Below are positions 27,425-36,467 of a DNA stretch of 58,016 nucleotides, piece by piece. Origin of the DNA: a virus (Duplodnaviria > Caudoviricetes). The position numbers and the translations under genes are program-made. The stretch spans positions 1 through 58,016 of IMG/VR virus record IMGVR_UViG_3300034101_000486. One strand, written 5' to 3'. Under the pieces are notes generated by a model. The model worked only from the letters and a program-made list of their open reading frames with translations. It made no database searches and had not been told where the DNA came from. How positions within the stretch are numbered: the stretch's first letter is position 1; every line of letters begins with the position of its first letter.

Positions 27425-27928
27425 ATGGCTAAATTTGGATTCGACGTCTCTGACGTCACCCCTGACACCGGCGCTACTGGCGGCGGCTCTTACGACCCTA
27501 TCCCTGAGGGTGAGTACGTACTGAAAGCACTGGACGCTGAAGAAAAAACAACCAGCGCCGGTACGGGTTCGTACATCAAAGTGAAGTTTGAAGTCGTCAA
27601 GGGTGAGTATACCGGTCGCCTGATCTGGCAGAACTTCAACATCAACAACCCGAGCGAGAAGGCTCAACGCATCGGTCGTCAGCAGATGGTAGCATGGGCA
27701 ACCGCCTGCGGTAAGCCTGACGCAGACGACACCGACAAGCTGCTTGAGAAGCCGTTCACGGCAGCGGTGAGTATTGAGAAGGGCACGGGCGGTTACTCTG
27801 ACAGCAACCGCGTCAAGGCGTTCCTGTTCAATCAGGAAGCCGCGCCAGCTAAGGCAGCGCCTAAGCCAGCGGCTAAGCCCGCCCCTGCCGCCGCTCCCGC
27901 TAGCAAGTCCGCTAACCCTTGGGACTGA
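27425..27928 (+). CDS. ssDNA-binding protein (DUF669-like)
   Basis: YDPIPEGEY, GEYTGR.IWQN, Ala/Pro-rich tail ending in PWD. Confidence 0.8.
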   Translation: MAKFGFDVSDVTPDTGATGGGSYDPIPEGEYVLKALDAEEKTTSAGTGSYIKVKFEVVKGEYTGRLIWQNFNINNPSEKAQRIGRQQMVAWATACGKPDADDTDKLLEKPFTAAVSIEKGTGGYSDSNRVKAFLFNQEAAPAKAAPKPAAKPAPAAAPASKSANPWD

Positions 27929-27932
27929 GACA

Positions 27933-28769
27933 ATGGTAGCCATTCCGCCGAGACCAGAGCAGCAGATCATTAACAGGGTCTACGCTGCTATTGAGAAAGA
28001 GAAGTCGTCAACCGACCTCTACCTCGGTCGGCTTGGCTCGTCTTTCATAGGCGAGGAATGCATACGACAAATCTGGCTTGACTGGCGCGGGTTCGCCCGT
28101 GAAGGTTTTGACGGACGTATGCTTCGCCTGTTTGAGACGGGACACTTGCAGGAGGAGCGGATCGTAGCTGATCTGCGCCGCGCAGGGTTTGCCGTCTGGG
28201 ATAAGCAAGAAGACGGTCGCCAGTTTGAGTTCATAGATGAAACCGGTCACTTTATAACTAAGGTGGACGGGGTCATCAAAGATGTTCCCGACTGCGACAC
28301 ACCACACGTGCTCGAGGTCAAGACACACAACAAGAACAGTTTCAGCGGTGTCGTAAAGAAAGGCATTCAAGAGTCAAAGCCGTTGCACTATGCTCAGGTT
28401 CAAATCAGCATGGCGCTCGGCGGCTTTACTCGCGCCCTTTACGTCGCGATCTGCAAAGACGATGAACAGTTCTACGTTGAGCGTGTCAAGGAAGACAAAG
28501 AGACACAGAAGAAACTGAAGCAGAAAATCATCAAACTGACCGAGGCGCGTCTGCGTCCTGCCGGAATCAGCGATGATGGTAGCAGCTTCGGATGTAAGTT
28601 TTGTAGCATGAAGGCGGTCTGCGTGCGTGAGGCTGAACCCTTACGTCACTGCCGCACATGCGCTATGGCCACGCCGACCCCAGCAGGGACTTGGACGTGT
28701 GAACTCAACAAGCAGACTCTCAGCATGGACGCCCAACGTGCAGGCTGTGAACATTACGAGGCTTTATGA
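27933..28769 (+). CDS. PD-(D/E)XK Cas4-like exonuclease
   Basis: C.RQIW, G...EE, VDG, LEVKT, Y.QVQ, CKFC...C; start ATG 27933. Confidence 0.85.
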   Translation: MVAIPPRPEQQIINRVYAAIEKEKSSTDLYLGRLGSSFIGEECIRQIWLDWRGFAREGFDGRMLRLFETGHLQEERIVADLRRAGFAVWDKQEDGRQFEFIDETGHFITKVDGVIKDVPDCDTPHVLEVKTHNKNSFSGVVKKGIQESKPLHYAQVQISMALGGFTRALYVAICKDDEQFYVERVKEDKETQKKLKQKIIKLTEARLRPAGISDDGSSFGCKFCSMKAVCVREAEPLRHCRTCAMATPTPAGTWTCELNKQTLSMDAQRAGCEHYEAL

Positions 28770-29242
28770 TTACAATCGGTATTGATCCAGGACTCAGTGG
28801 CGCTATTGGCGTTCTCCGTGATGGCGTGTACGTAGCCGTGGAGGATATGCCGGTTGTAGCTAAAGGCTCGGGAGCTGTGAAGAACGAAGTCGACCCCGCT
28901 GGGTTAATCACCCTGCTCAGGAAGCACGTCCCCGCTGAGGAGGCGGTATGCGTCGCGCTTGAGCGGGTGAACGCCATGCCTGGACAGGGGTCGTCTTCTA
29001 TCTTCAGTCTAGGGGACAGCTTCGGCTCTGCCCGAGCTTCTATTGCGGGGTGTCGGTATGAGACAGTTTACATGACCCCCGTGCAATGGAAGAAACACTT
29101 CAAGCTAACTAGTGACAAAGAGATGAGCAGGGCGCTCGCGATCCGTATGTTTCCTGAAGCGCCGCTCAATTTGAAAAAGCACTCCGACCGCGCCGAGTCA
29201 TTGCTCATGGCTCGCTGGTTGTATGAGACGAGGTACAAATGA
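28766..29242 (+). CDS. RuvC-like Holliday junction resolvase
   Basis: IGIDPG, LERV..MPGQG, P..WKK, DRAE. Confidence 0.9.
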   Translation: MITIGIDPGLSGAIGVLRDGVYVAVEDMPVVAKGSGAVKNEVDPAGLITLLRKHVPAEEAVCVALERVNAMPGQGSSSIFSLGDSFGSARASIAGCRYETVYMTPVQWKKHFKLTSDKEMSRALAIRMFPEAPLNLKKHSDRAESLLMARWLYETRYK

Positions 29243-29478
29243 TTGAGACACACGTCAGGGGAATCCCGTGTCAAGCCGAGATGACGGCTGGGTATTACCA
29301 GAAGCCCGACCACGGCACGTGGGCTAGCGACTGGGATTACTACGGCGGTTGGTTTGATGTGGAGTTTGAGATCTACGACCGCAAAGGCTATCGAGCCGCA
29401 TGGCTTGAGAAGAAGATGACCGCTGAAGACGAGAAGCGAATCATCAAAGAATTAACTGAAAACGCAGGAGAACATTAA
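29239..29478 (+). CDS. Hypothetical protein (79 aa)
   Basis: GIPC...SDWDYYG...DRKGYRAAWLEKK; ATGA-coupled. Confidence 0.7.
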   Translation: MIETHVRGIPCQAEMTAGYYQKPDHGTWASDWDYYGGWFDVEFEIYDRKGYRAAWLEKKMTAEDEKRIIKELTENAGEH

Positions 29479-29660
29479 TGGAAACTTTTGAACCCGCATG
29501 CCCATGGCATATTCAAGTCGGTGACTTGTTCATCGCTCCTGGTCGTGTACCCAACTCGGGCACGGTCTGGATTGGTGAAGTAAACGGCGGCGAGGGTGGT
29601 GAATTCAAAACCGAAGAACTCGCTCAAGTGCTCCGTAAGTTTTATAACGAGAACTTCTGA
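29478..29660 (+). CDS. Hypothetical protein (60 aa)
   Basis: SD AGGAG, TAATG overlap. Confidence 0.65.
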   Translation: METFEPACPWHIQVGDLFIAPGRVPNSGTVWIGEVNGGEGGEFKTEELAQVLRKFYNENF

Positions 29661-30067
29661 TGGCGAAGATAACCCCTACTCGGGTTAAAAAGCAAGTGGG
29701 TATGAACCCGATTGCTCAACTTGTGGCACGTGAAAACATGCGCAAGGCTATTATTGACCAGAAAATCCAACTCTACATGCGTGACGAAGGCGCTGAATGC
29801 GTCGACTTCTGCGTACCGATGTGGATGACCTTCCGCGCCTTAGTGGGTGCGGCTGGCGCTGACCCGAAGGTAGGAGTAGACACCTACGAGGTCAAAATCA
29901 TTCGCGGGGCAATCTCCGCGCTTGAGCAGATGATAACTAATAACACCTACCGCCGCGTAAACATTATTTCACTTGAGACGGCGCTTGACTGCGCCTACGC
30001 ATTAGTTAACAAGGTTAACTCAGTGCTGTTCAATCAAGAGTGGAATAGGCTCGCGAGCGGTGCGTGA
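29660..30067 (+). CDS. Hypothetical protein (135 aa)
   Basis: TGATG overlap. Confidence 0.7.
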   Translation: MAKITPTRVKKQVGMNPIAQLVARENMRKAIIDQKIQLYMRDEGAECVDFCVPMWMTFRALVGAAGADPKVGVDTYEVKIIRGAISALEQMITNNTYRRVNIISLETALDCAYALVNKVNSVLFNQEWNRLASGA

Positions 30068-30267
30068 TGCCTTGGGCGTATATTCGCTCACTGCTTGGAC
30101 CAGGACTTCACTGGGATAGGACGCAACAGGAACTGTTAGCGGCTATAGCTCGAGCAGACAAGGAGGGTCAGCACGACGCCGCTGACCACATTCGCATCAT
30201 ACTCCGCCTTCGTAACCGCGTGCTCATGGACGTTGAGCAAAAAGAAACCCCGCCGGAGCGGGGTTAA
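30064..30267 (+). CDS. Hypothetical protein (67 aa)
   Basis: Overlap with previous stop; last plus-strand gene. Confidence 0.55.
   Translation: MMPWAYIRSLLGPGLHWDRTQQELLAAIARADKEGQHDAADHIRIILRLRNRVLMDVEQKETPPERG
30239..30265 (-). terminator. Intrinsic terminator at convergence point
   Basis: Stem AACCCCGC-N4-GCGGGGTT followed by TCTTTTT on minus strand. Confidence 0.75.
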
Positions 30268-30306
30268 GGTTGGCAACTGCTCTTTGAGGAGACAGTGAGC
30301 AGAAGT

Positions 30307-32343
30307 TTACTTCATTTTCTTCAGGTCGGCTTCGATGTCCGCATCAATGTCGGGACCGATTAGGCGACCACCAGGAATGTTGGGCATGTCAGCAGCCTCA
30401 ATGTCCTCTGGCTTGGCGTTAGGATCAATCGGTGAAGGTGGGAACGCTGTCGTAGTGCCCATGATTGTGGCGGTTTCGCCTTTGCTCAGGCGCTTAGCCC
30501 CTGCTGCCGCTTTGACGTTGTACTGCTCGATGAGTTTGACCGCCGCAGCAACTTCATGCGGGTCGCTTGACATGAGGAGCTTGCCGACCTTCTCAGCAAT
30601 GTCATCGGTCATGGTAGCGCTACGCGCCACACGTGCCGCCATGTTACTCAGAGACCCCCAGAATCCTCCCGAGACGGCATCCGCAACCGCTGCACCCACA
30701 CCTGAGCCTTCCTCAAAGCGTTCACGCGCCTGAGTACGTCTTCCGGTAGCCGCACCACCCAGTATGCGGTTGGATTGTTGGAACAACTGAGCCTCGCGCT
30801 CAAGCGCAGACTTGAACATCTCAAACTTGGCAGGGCTGTCAAACAGCGGCTGCAACTTAGCTTGCATCTCAGGAGCACCGATGATGCGCTGGGCGGCGTT
30901 GATGTTGCTTGACGGATCCATGATCTTGCTGTACAAGTCACGCACCACGCCTGTGCGGAACGCGTCCTTCTCAGCCGCACCCATTTTGCTGATCATGTCA
31001 ATGACCTGCTCGTGGTCGAGCTTGTTGAAGTCGTTCATACCTGCGCGCATCGCATCAAGCACTTCCATGTCACCGGAGTAGGCTTGACGAGCCTTGAGGT
31101 ACGGCGAGTTTGCGCCGCCGGTGGCTTCGTCAATCGCATTCACGTAGACGTTGCGCAACTGTTTGAGGGCATTAGCCTCGGCGCTGCTCATACCCTTAGC
31201 GCTCTTGAAACCGGCTTCAATCGTAGCGTCAATACCACGCTTGATATAATCAAGAGTGCGCACGTCAGGTAGCTTAGTCAGCTCCAAAATCTCGTTACCA
31301 TTAGCGTCAAATTTACCGCTGGGTTTGTAGATTTCGGGCAGGGCGAACTTGCTGGGGTCTTCTCCGCGCAACTTAGCCGCTTGAGCCTCGGTGTCAGCGA
31401 TGCTACGTGCCCTGCCCCAGAACTCTTGAAAACGGGGGTTCTTCAACGCATCAATAATGCGAGGGTCATCTACGTCACCGTAAGCGTACGCATCTTTGTA
31501 CATGGTATCAGCTTGCTTACGCAGATCCGCCACCATCTTCTGTTCATCAGCGTAGAAGTCACCAGACTTGATACCTTTACGGGTTTGTGCGTAAGTGCGC
31601 TCACGAGCACCGGCGGTCTGCTCACCGAGTTTCTTCTCAACTAAGCGACCGCTGGGACCACTACGCTGGGCAACAGTCTCAGCGAGGTCAACTAACGCGG
31701 GGTCTGCGTTGGCGATAGTTGAGGGGATATTACGAGCACGATCCTGAAGGACTTTCTGCTCAATCTGCTGCGGAGTCATACCTGACTCGTTGATAGCGCG
31801 GGAGACTTTACCCACTGCCGTCTTAGTCGTGCTAGCTTCGGTCGGTGCGAGGCGATCGCGCAGCCACTTAGCCGCCGCGCCGCTACCGCGAATTACCGCT
31901 GGGGCGGCAGTGCCGACTGTCGTACCGACGACCGTACCAGTAACTGCGCCGGAGCCTCGCTCTCCTGGTTGGGCAGAACCCGCGCCGGAGACAGCACCGG
32001 TTACGCCGCCGGTCACTGCGCCGCGCACGTAAGGATTTGCTGCTAGGCGAGCCAACGCGCTAGTCGCGACTGGGGCGGTAGCACCTCCTGTAGCGGGGGC
32101 GGTCAGCATAGCCGCCAGAGCGGGAGCAGCCCCGCCGCCGAACTCAAGAGCCGGAGCTACGAAAGGATTCTCTTTAGAATATTGAGCGTACTCTTGATTG
32201 ATCCTAGCGAGTTCAGCCTCGTAGCCTTTGCTACCGGCGAGCTTAGAGCGAAGCCATGCCTCGGCTTCATCACCCCAACCCATACCGAGACCCTGACCGA
32301 TAGCAGCGCGAGCGCCGCCTAAGTACGGATTAGCTGTAGCCAT
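30307..32343 (-). CDS. Putative ejection/internal virion protein
   Basis: 678 aa, Ala/Gly-rich hydrophobic N-half, helical; last gene of tail operon. Confidence 0.6.
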   Translation of the reverse strand: MATANPYLGGARAAIGQGLGMGWGDEAEAWLRSKLAGSKGYEAELARINQEYAQYSKENPFVAPALEFGGGAAPALAAMLTAPATGGATAPVATSALARLAANPYVRGAVTGGVTGAVSGAGSAQPGERGSGAVTGTVVGTTVGTAAPAVIRGSGAAAKWLRDRLAPTEASTTKTAVGKVSRAINESGMTPQQIEQKVLQDRARNIPSTIANADPALVDLAETVAQRSGPSGRLVEKKLGEQTAGARERTYAQTRKGIKSGDFYADEQKMVADLRKQADTMYKDAYAYGDVDDPRIIDALKNPRFQEFWGRARSIADTEAQAAKLRGEDPSKFALPEIYKPSGKFDANGNEILELTKLPDVRTLDYIKRGIDATIEAGFKSAKGMSSAEANALKQLRNVYVNAIDEATGGANSPYLKARQAYSGDMEVLDAMRAGMNDFNKLDHEQVIDMISKMGAAEKDAFRTGVVRDLYSKIMDPSSNINAAQRIIGAPEMQAKLQPLFDSPAKFEMFKSALEREAQLFQQSNRILGGAATGRRTQARERFEEGSGVGAAVADAVSGGFWGSLSNMAARVARSATMTDDIAEKVGKLLMSSDPHEVAAAVKLIEQYNVKAAAGAKRLSKGETATIMGTTTAFPPSPIDPNAKPEDIEAADMPNIPGGRLIGPDIDADIEADLKKMK

Positions 32344-35018
32344 TATTCATTTCCTTCCTCAAGCGGGGTAGTCATGCGGTAAGCGCCCGAAGTGATTTGA
32401 TCAAGGCGTGCTTGTTCGCGAGCGGTACGGTCTTGCAACACTTTGTACGCACGCTTGATGACCGCAGCACGCTCTTCTTTAGTCTTAGAGCCGATACCTT
32501 CAAGCTCCATCAAAATTGCGCGTTCGCCCTCGGTCGGTGAACCGCCGAAGGTTGCTTTCAGTTTAGCTAGACCTTGAGAACCGAGCAGGTTGTTAAGGAT
32601 ACGCGTATTGACGATCACAGGATCTTTAGAACCCGCCGCTTCCGCTAAGAACTGTTGACCTTTATCCAACCAGCCACCGGCTAGAGAGTTCGGGTTCAGC
32701 GCGTAAGCCTGTTTCAGATCAGCGAGAGACTGCTTGCTAGAAGCGATAAGGTCTTCAGCCTCGCTCTTCATCCTAACTTCGCTCGGACTGAGTTTAGCCT
32801 GCTGCTGTTTCTGGTTCTGGAACTTCTCCTGAGCCAGCAGTAAGTTGGCTTGCGCGGTAGAAACCCCAGCTAATGACGCATTAATTTGCGCCAGCTTAGC
32901 CTCAACATTCATATTACCGAGAGCTTCCACACGCTTCTGGTACTCGGGTGTTCCTGGCTTGAGACCTTCGTCAACGGCTTGCTTACCCGCCGTAGACTGG
33001 GGGTCACCGGACTTGATGAAGTCCTTGATCAGTTCGGTCGCGATAGCACGCTTGTCTTTCATTTCCTCGCCGGCAAGCGCTTGCAAGCTGCGGAGGTCCT
33101 CCTTAGCCGCGCCCATCTTCATCTCCTGACCCTTCAAAGCTAGAGCCAGTTTTTGCTGGGTAGCCTGCTGAGCAGAAGCGCGTTTTTCTTTAGAGTACTC
33201 AGCCAGCTCCTTACCGACCATGCCGAGGTTTTCAGCAAAGCGACCGGTCTTAGTGGGAGCGCCGAACGCAGCCGCAAGGCGGAAATACATCTCAGCCTTA
33301 GAACTCTTCTCGTCCTTGGGCGTCTTCATTGAGTCAGCCAGCATTTTAGCGAACACGTCGCTCTCAGCCTTAGCAGCAGCGCGAGCGGCTTTGAGGTCTT
33401 CACCGTAAGCGGTATCCTTCGGACCATACGCGGCGAGCAGCGCTTGAATACCACCCATGCGCTCATCACCGAAAGGCGCTTTAGGCGCGACAGCCGGAGG
33501 TTTAACTTGAGCTGGTACAGCTACGACCGCTGGAGCAACGGGCATATCAGCGCTGGCAATCTTAGCAAGCACAGATTGCGGTTGAGGTTTAGGCTCAGTA
33601 ATGACCGCGTTTGAAGGGGTCGGCTCCGTGACGGGGTAAGTCTCTACCTGAGCGTCATAACCCTCGGGCAACTGGACGCTACCGGCGGTTTGGTAATGCG
33701 TCTTGACGCGACCTCCGCTGGCGTATCGCTGATAATAATCACCGGTGTAGCCGTGATCTTTCATCCAATCAATATCAGATTGCGTACCGCCACCCGCCAT
33801 AATCATGTCAGGTGTAAATTGATTTTCGTTGTACCAGCTTATTTTGTCGTATGGGTTGTAAGTGTCCCAACCTTCAGGTAATCTGAACCTGTCATAATTG
33901 TTCACAAGGTCTGATGTACCCGTTCCTCCGGTAGTTCCCGTAGTTCCCGTAGTTCCGGTAGTTCCGGTAGTTCCTGTGGTGTTCGTGGTTCCGCCAGTAC
34001 CCGTAGTTCCCGTAGTTCCTGTGGTTCCAGTCGTGGTTCCGGTAGTGGTGGTCACCGGCGCGGGCACAGATCCTGGGTAAGCTAAGTTACGCAGGTAGTT
34101 CCAATCCGTATCGGTTTGCGTGCCGAAAGTGCTGTCCGCCGCTCTACGCAAGTCAGCGTCAGTGTAACCTAAGCCGATCTGGCTACGATAGTAATCGGCT
34201 TTCTGCTGAGGGGTGCGGTTACCCAGAGACAACGGGGTTGAGCCGTAGGTTGGGTTTGAAGCCTGATTACCCCAGTAGCTACCCGTAGCATTGTAGAGGT
34301 CTTTATTGCTCACACCCCAGCGGTTTGCTTCATCTTGAATCTGTGAAGTAGACGCGTAAGGGTTGTCAGTGATGTACTTGTTGATGTTCTCGTTGTACTT
34401 GTCCATACCAATACCACCAGGACCAGTAGCGTAACGCACACCTGCCGAGCCGTAACCGCTAGGACCAGAGCCGCCGTAAGTAAAACCAGAGCCCATGGCG
34501 TTACGGATGTCAGCGTCGCTGACTTTCCATTCGTCCTTAGCCGCCGCGATGTCAGCAGCAGACGCGTTAGGGTTTTTAGCAAACCAGTCTCTGATGTTGC
34601 GATTGGCTTGATCAACACCAATACCTCCTGGTCTGTCCGCAAAGGCTCTCATCTCAGAACCCGTTGGCGTGGTGGAAGACGTCGTGCCGTAACCGGTGTC
34701 AAACTGTTTCTGCAGATACATCGGCGTGTTCTGCAGGCGGTTTTGATAGTCAGATTTGTAAGCGTTATAAGCGCCTTGATCTAACTGATACTTACGCATG
34801 GTTTCGTTAAACGCCGAGGGGTCTGTTTTGTAGGTGTTAAAGTCAGCTAACTGTTTGTCGTAAGCAGCCTGACCAGCTAAAGCGGCAACATCAGTACCCG
34901 TAGGACGGCTGCCGGTGGGCGCAGTCGGAACCGTAGGGGCGCTCGCACCTGAGTAAGTCACCACACCAGGAGTACTAACTCCGTACTGCCGCATAATGCG
35001 GTTGAGTTCAAATCCCAT
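32343..35018 (-). CDS. Putative ejection/internal virion protein with Thr-Gly tract
   Basis: 891 aa, low-complexity linker, YASGGRV motif, coiled-coil C-half. Confidence 0.6.
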   Translation of the reverse strand: MGFELNRIMRQYGVSTPGVVTYSGASAPTVPTAPTGSRPTGTDVAALAGQAAYDKQLADFNTYKTDPSAFNETMRKYQLDQGAYNAYKSDYQNRLQNTPMYLQKQFDTGYGTTSSTTPTGSEMRAFADRPGGIGVDQANRNIRDWFAKNPNASAADIAAAKDEWKVSDADIRNAMGSGFTYGGSGPSGYGSAGVRYATGPGGIGMDKYNENINKYITDNPYASTSQIQDEANRWGVSNKDLYNATGSYWGNQASNPTYGSTPLSLGNRTPQQKADYYRSQIGLGYTDADLRRAADSTFGTQTDTDWNYLRNLAYPGSVPAPVTTTTGTTTGTTGTTGTTGTGGTTNTTGTTGTTGTTGTTGTTGGTGTSDLVNNYDRFRLPEGWDTYNPYDKISWYNENQFTPDMIMAGGGTQSDIDWMKDHGYTGDYYQRYASGGRVKTHYQTAGSVQLPEGYDAQVETYPVTEPTPSNAVITEPKPQPQSVLAKIASADMPVAPAVVAVPAQVKPPAVAPKAPFGDERMGGIQALLAAYGPKDTAYGEDLKAARAAAKAESDVFAKMLADSMKTPKDEKSSKAEMYFRLAAAFGAPTKTGRFAENLGMVGKELAEYSKEKRASAQQATQQKLALALKGQEMKMGAAKEDLRSLQALAGEEMKDKRAIATELIKDFIKSGDPQSTAGKQAVDEGLKPGTPEYQKRVEALGNMNVEAKLAQINASLAGVSTAQANLLLAQEKFQNQKQQQAKLSPSEVRMKSEAEDLIASSKQSLADLKQAYALNPNSLAGGWLDKGQQFLAEAAGSKDPVIVNTRILNNLLGSQGLAKLKATFGGSPTEGERAILMELEGIGSKTKEERAAVIKRAYKVLQDRTAREQARLDQITSGAYRMTTPLEEGNE
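33922..34052 (-). repeat. Degenerate 9-bp tandem repeat encoding (TTG)n
   Basis: GTAGTTCCS units on plus strand; TTGTTGTTG in protein. Confidence 0.8.
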
Positions 35019-35027
35019 ACCTGCTCC

Positions 35028-36467
35028 TTAGATGTTCTGCAGACCTTTGTACGTATAAAGACCGGTCGCCACTTGAGACAGCGGTGAAGGTGAATACGTA
35101 GCGCCGGTAGTAGTGCCTTGATTAGTCGTAGTTTGCGGTGTGATTGGAGCCATGCCGCGAATCTGCGTGCTGAGCCAATCCATCTGCTGCTTAGGATACA
35201 GTTGTTGCGCGTCAAACTGAGCCTTAGCTGCGTTGAGCTGTTGCTGCATTTGATTCTGCTGAGCAGAACCTGCGCCCTCAAGTGAGGCAACATCGGCTGC
35301 ACGCATCGCCTGTTCTTGCTGTTGCATGTTAGCAAAATTCTGCAACGCAGACATCTGACGCTGATAGTCTTGAGCCTGAGCCGCTTGTGTAGCCTGAGCA
35401 GCGGTGAGACCGAACTGCTGTTGAGCTTGACCGGCGGTGGTCTGTGCTTGACCGAGGTTAGCCAGCTGAGACATCTGCTGAGCCGTGAGTTGACCTTGTG
35501 TCTGACCGAGGTTAGTCAGGTTTTGTTGCTGCTGGCTTGTCAGCTGACCAGCGGTCTGACCGAGGTTACCATACTGAGCACCGCCCTGAAGCACGCGAGA
35601 GAGGTCTGCGCCGGAAATGCTACCGACCGTACCAGCCAACTGCGCTTGACGTGCGAGGTCTGCCTGAGAAGCAGTGAGAGCCTGTCCGTAGCCTTGGTTG
35701 GCGAGTTGGGCTTGCTGATTCAAGACAGCTTCCTGAGTGTCGCGCAGGGCACGGCTACCGAATTCACCCATGCGGCTAGAACCGAACTGACCCGCCTTGA
35801 TAAACGCGTCAGAAACTCCTGGCAGCAGGTTCTCGCTGAGGTTACGACCACCCTGCTTAGCAATGACGTCCATGACACCCGTCTGATACGGCGACATGTA
35901 CTGACCGACGTTTTGAGCGGAAGACTGTGAGGCGGCTTGCAGGTAAGGGTTAGCCGCGTTCAGGGCGCGATCAGACAACGCCTGAGCGGTGGTCTGACCG
36001 GCTTGCGTCAGGTAAGGCTGCGCCGCACCCATGATGTCCTGCTGTCCGGCTTTACTCAGCGCAGGTTGACCCGCACCGACGATGTCCATCTGGCCAGCTC
36101 GGTTGAAGTAATTCTGCCCCGCGTTCAGGTTCTGATCGACTAAACCTTGACGCAAGTACTGACCTTGAGCTTGCTGCAAGGCGTCCGCCGTGCCTTTATT
36201 GCTGAAGCCGTACATACCGGACTGAGCTTTGTCTAGGTCGCCTTGATAGAAACCTTGATTAGATTGAACTTGCCGGTACGCTTGCTGCTGGAGCGGCGAC
36301 AATTCAGCCACAGTGGGCATGTCGTACGCTTGATAAGGCGCGTTAGCGATGTTCTGGGCGACTTGAATTTGATTGTAAATCGCATCCTGCATCCACTTAG
36401 GAGTCTCAGTGGATGACGTGGTGTAAGACGTAGCGGTCTGAGGCGACCCTTGGAATAAGCTGCCCAT
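35028..36467 (-). CDS. Gln/Ala/Gly-rich ejection (DNA transfer) protein
   Basis: Composition and position typical of podovirus pilot proteins; GQFGSSR motif. Confidence 0.65.
   Translation of the reverse strand: MGSLFQGSPQTATSYTTSSTETPKWMQDAIYNQIQVAQNIANAPYQAYDMPTVAELSPLQQQAYRQVQSNQGFYQGDLDKAQSGMYGFSNKGTADALQQAQGQYLRQGLVDQNLNAGQNYFNRAGQMDIVGAGQPALSKAGQQDIMGAAQPYLTQAGQTTAQALSDRALNAANPYLQAASQSSAQNVGQYMSPYQTGVMDVIAKQGGRNLSENLLPGVSDAFIKAGQFGSSRMGEFGSRALRDTQEAVLNQQAQLANQGYGQALTASQADLARQAQLAGTVGSISGADLSRVLQGGAQYGNLGQTAGQLTSQQQQNLTNLGQTQGQLTAQQMSQLANLGQAQTTAGQAQQQFGLTAAQATQAAQAQDYQRQMSALQNFANMQQQEQAMRAADVASLEGAGSAQQNQMQQQLNAAKAQFDAQQLYPKQQMDWLSTQIRGMAPITPQTTTNQGTTTGATYSPSPLSQVATGLYTYKGLQNI

Noticed and set aside
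27933-28769. Cas4 as part of a CRISPR-Cas system
   Set aside because: No cas1/cas2 or array; it sits in a standard Sak4-SSB-exonuclease-RuvC recombination module.
30268-30306. Second hairpin CTGCTC...GAGCAG after the convergent terminator
   Set aside because: Only a 6-bp stem with a long loop; could be chance or part of the terminator region.
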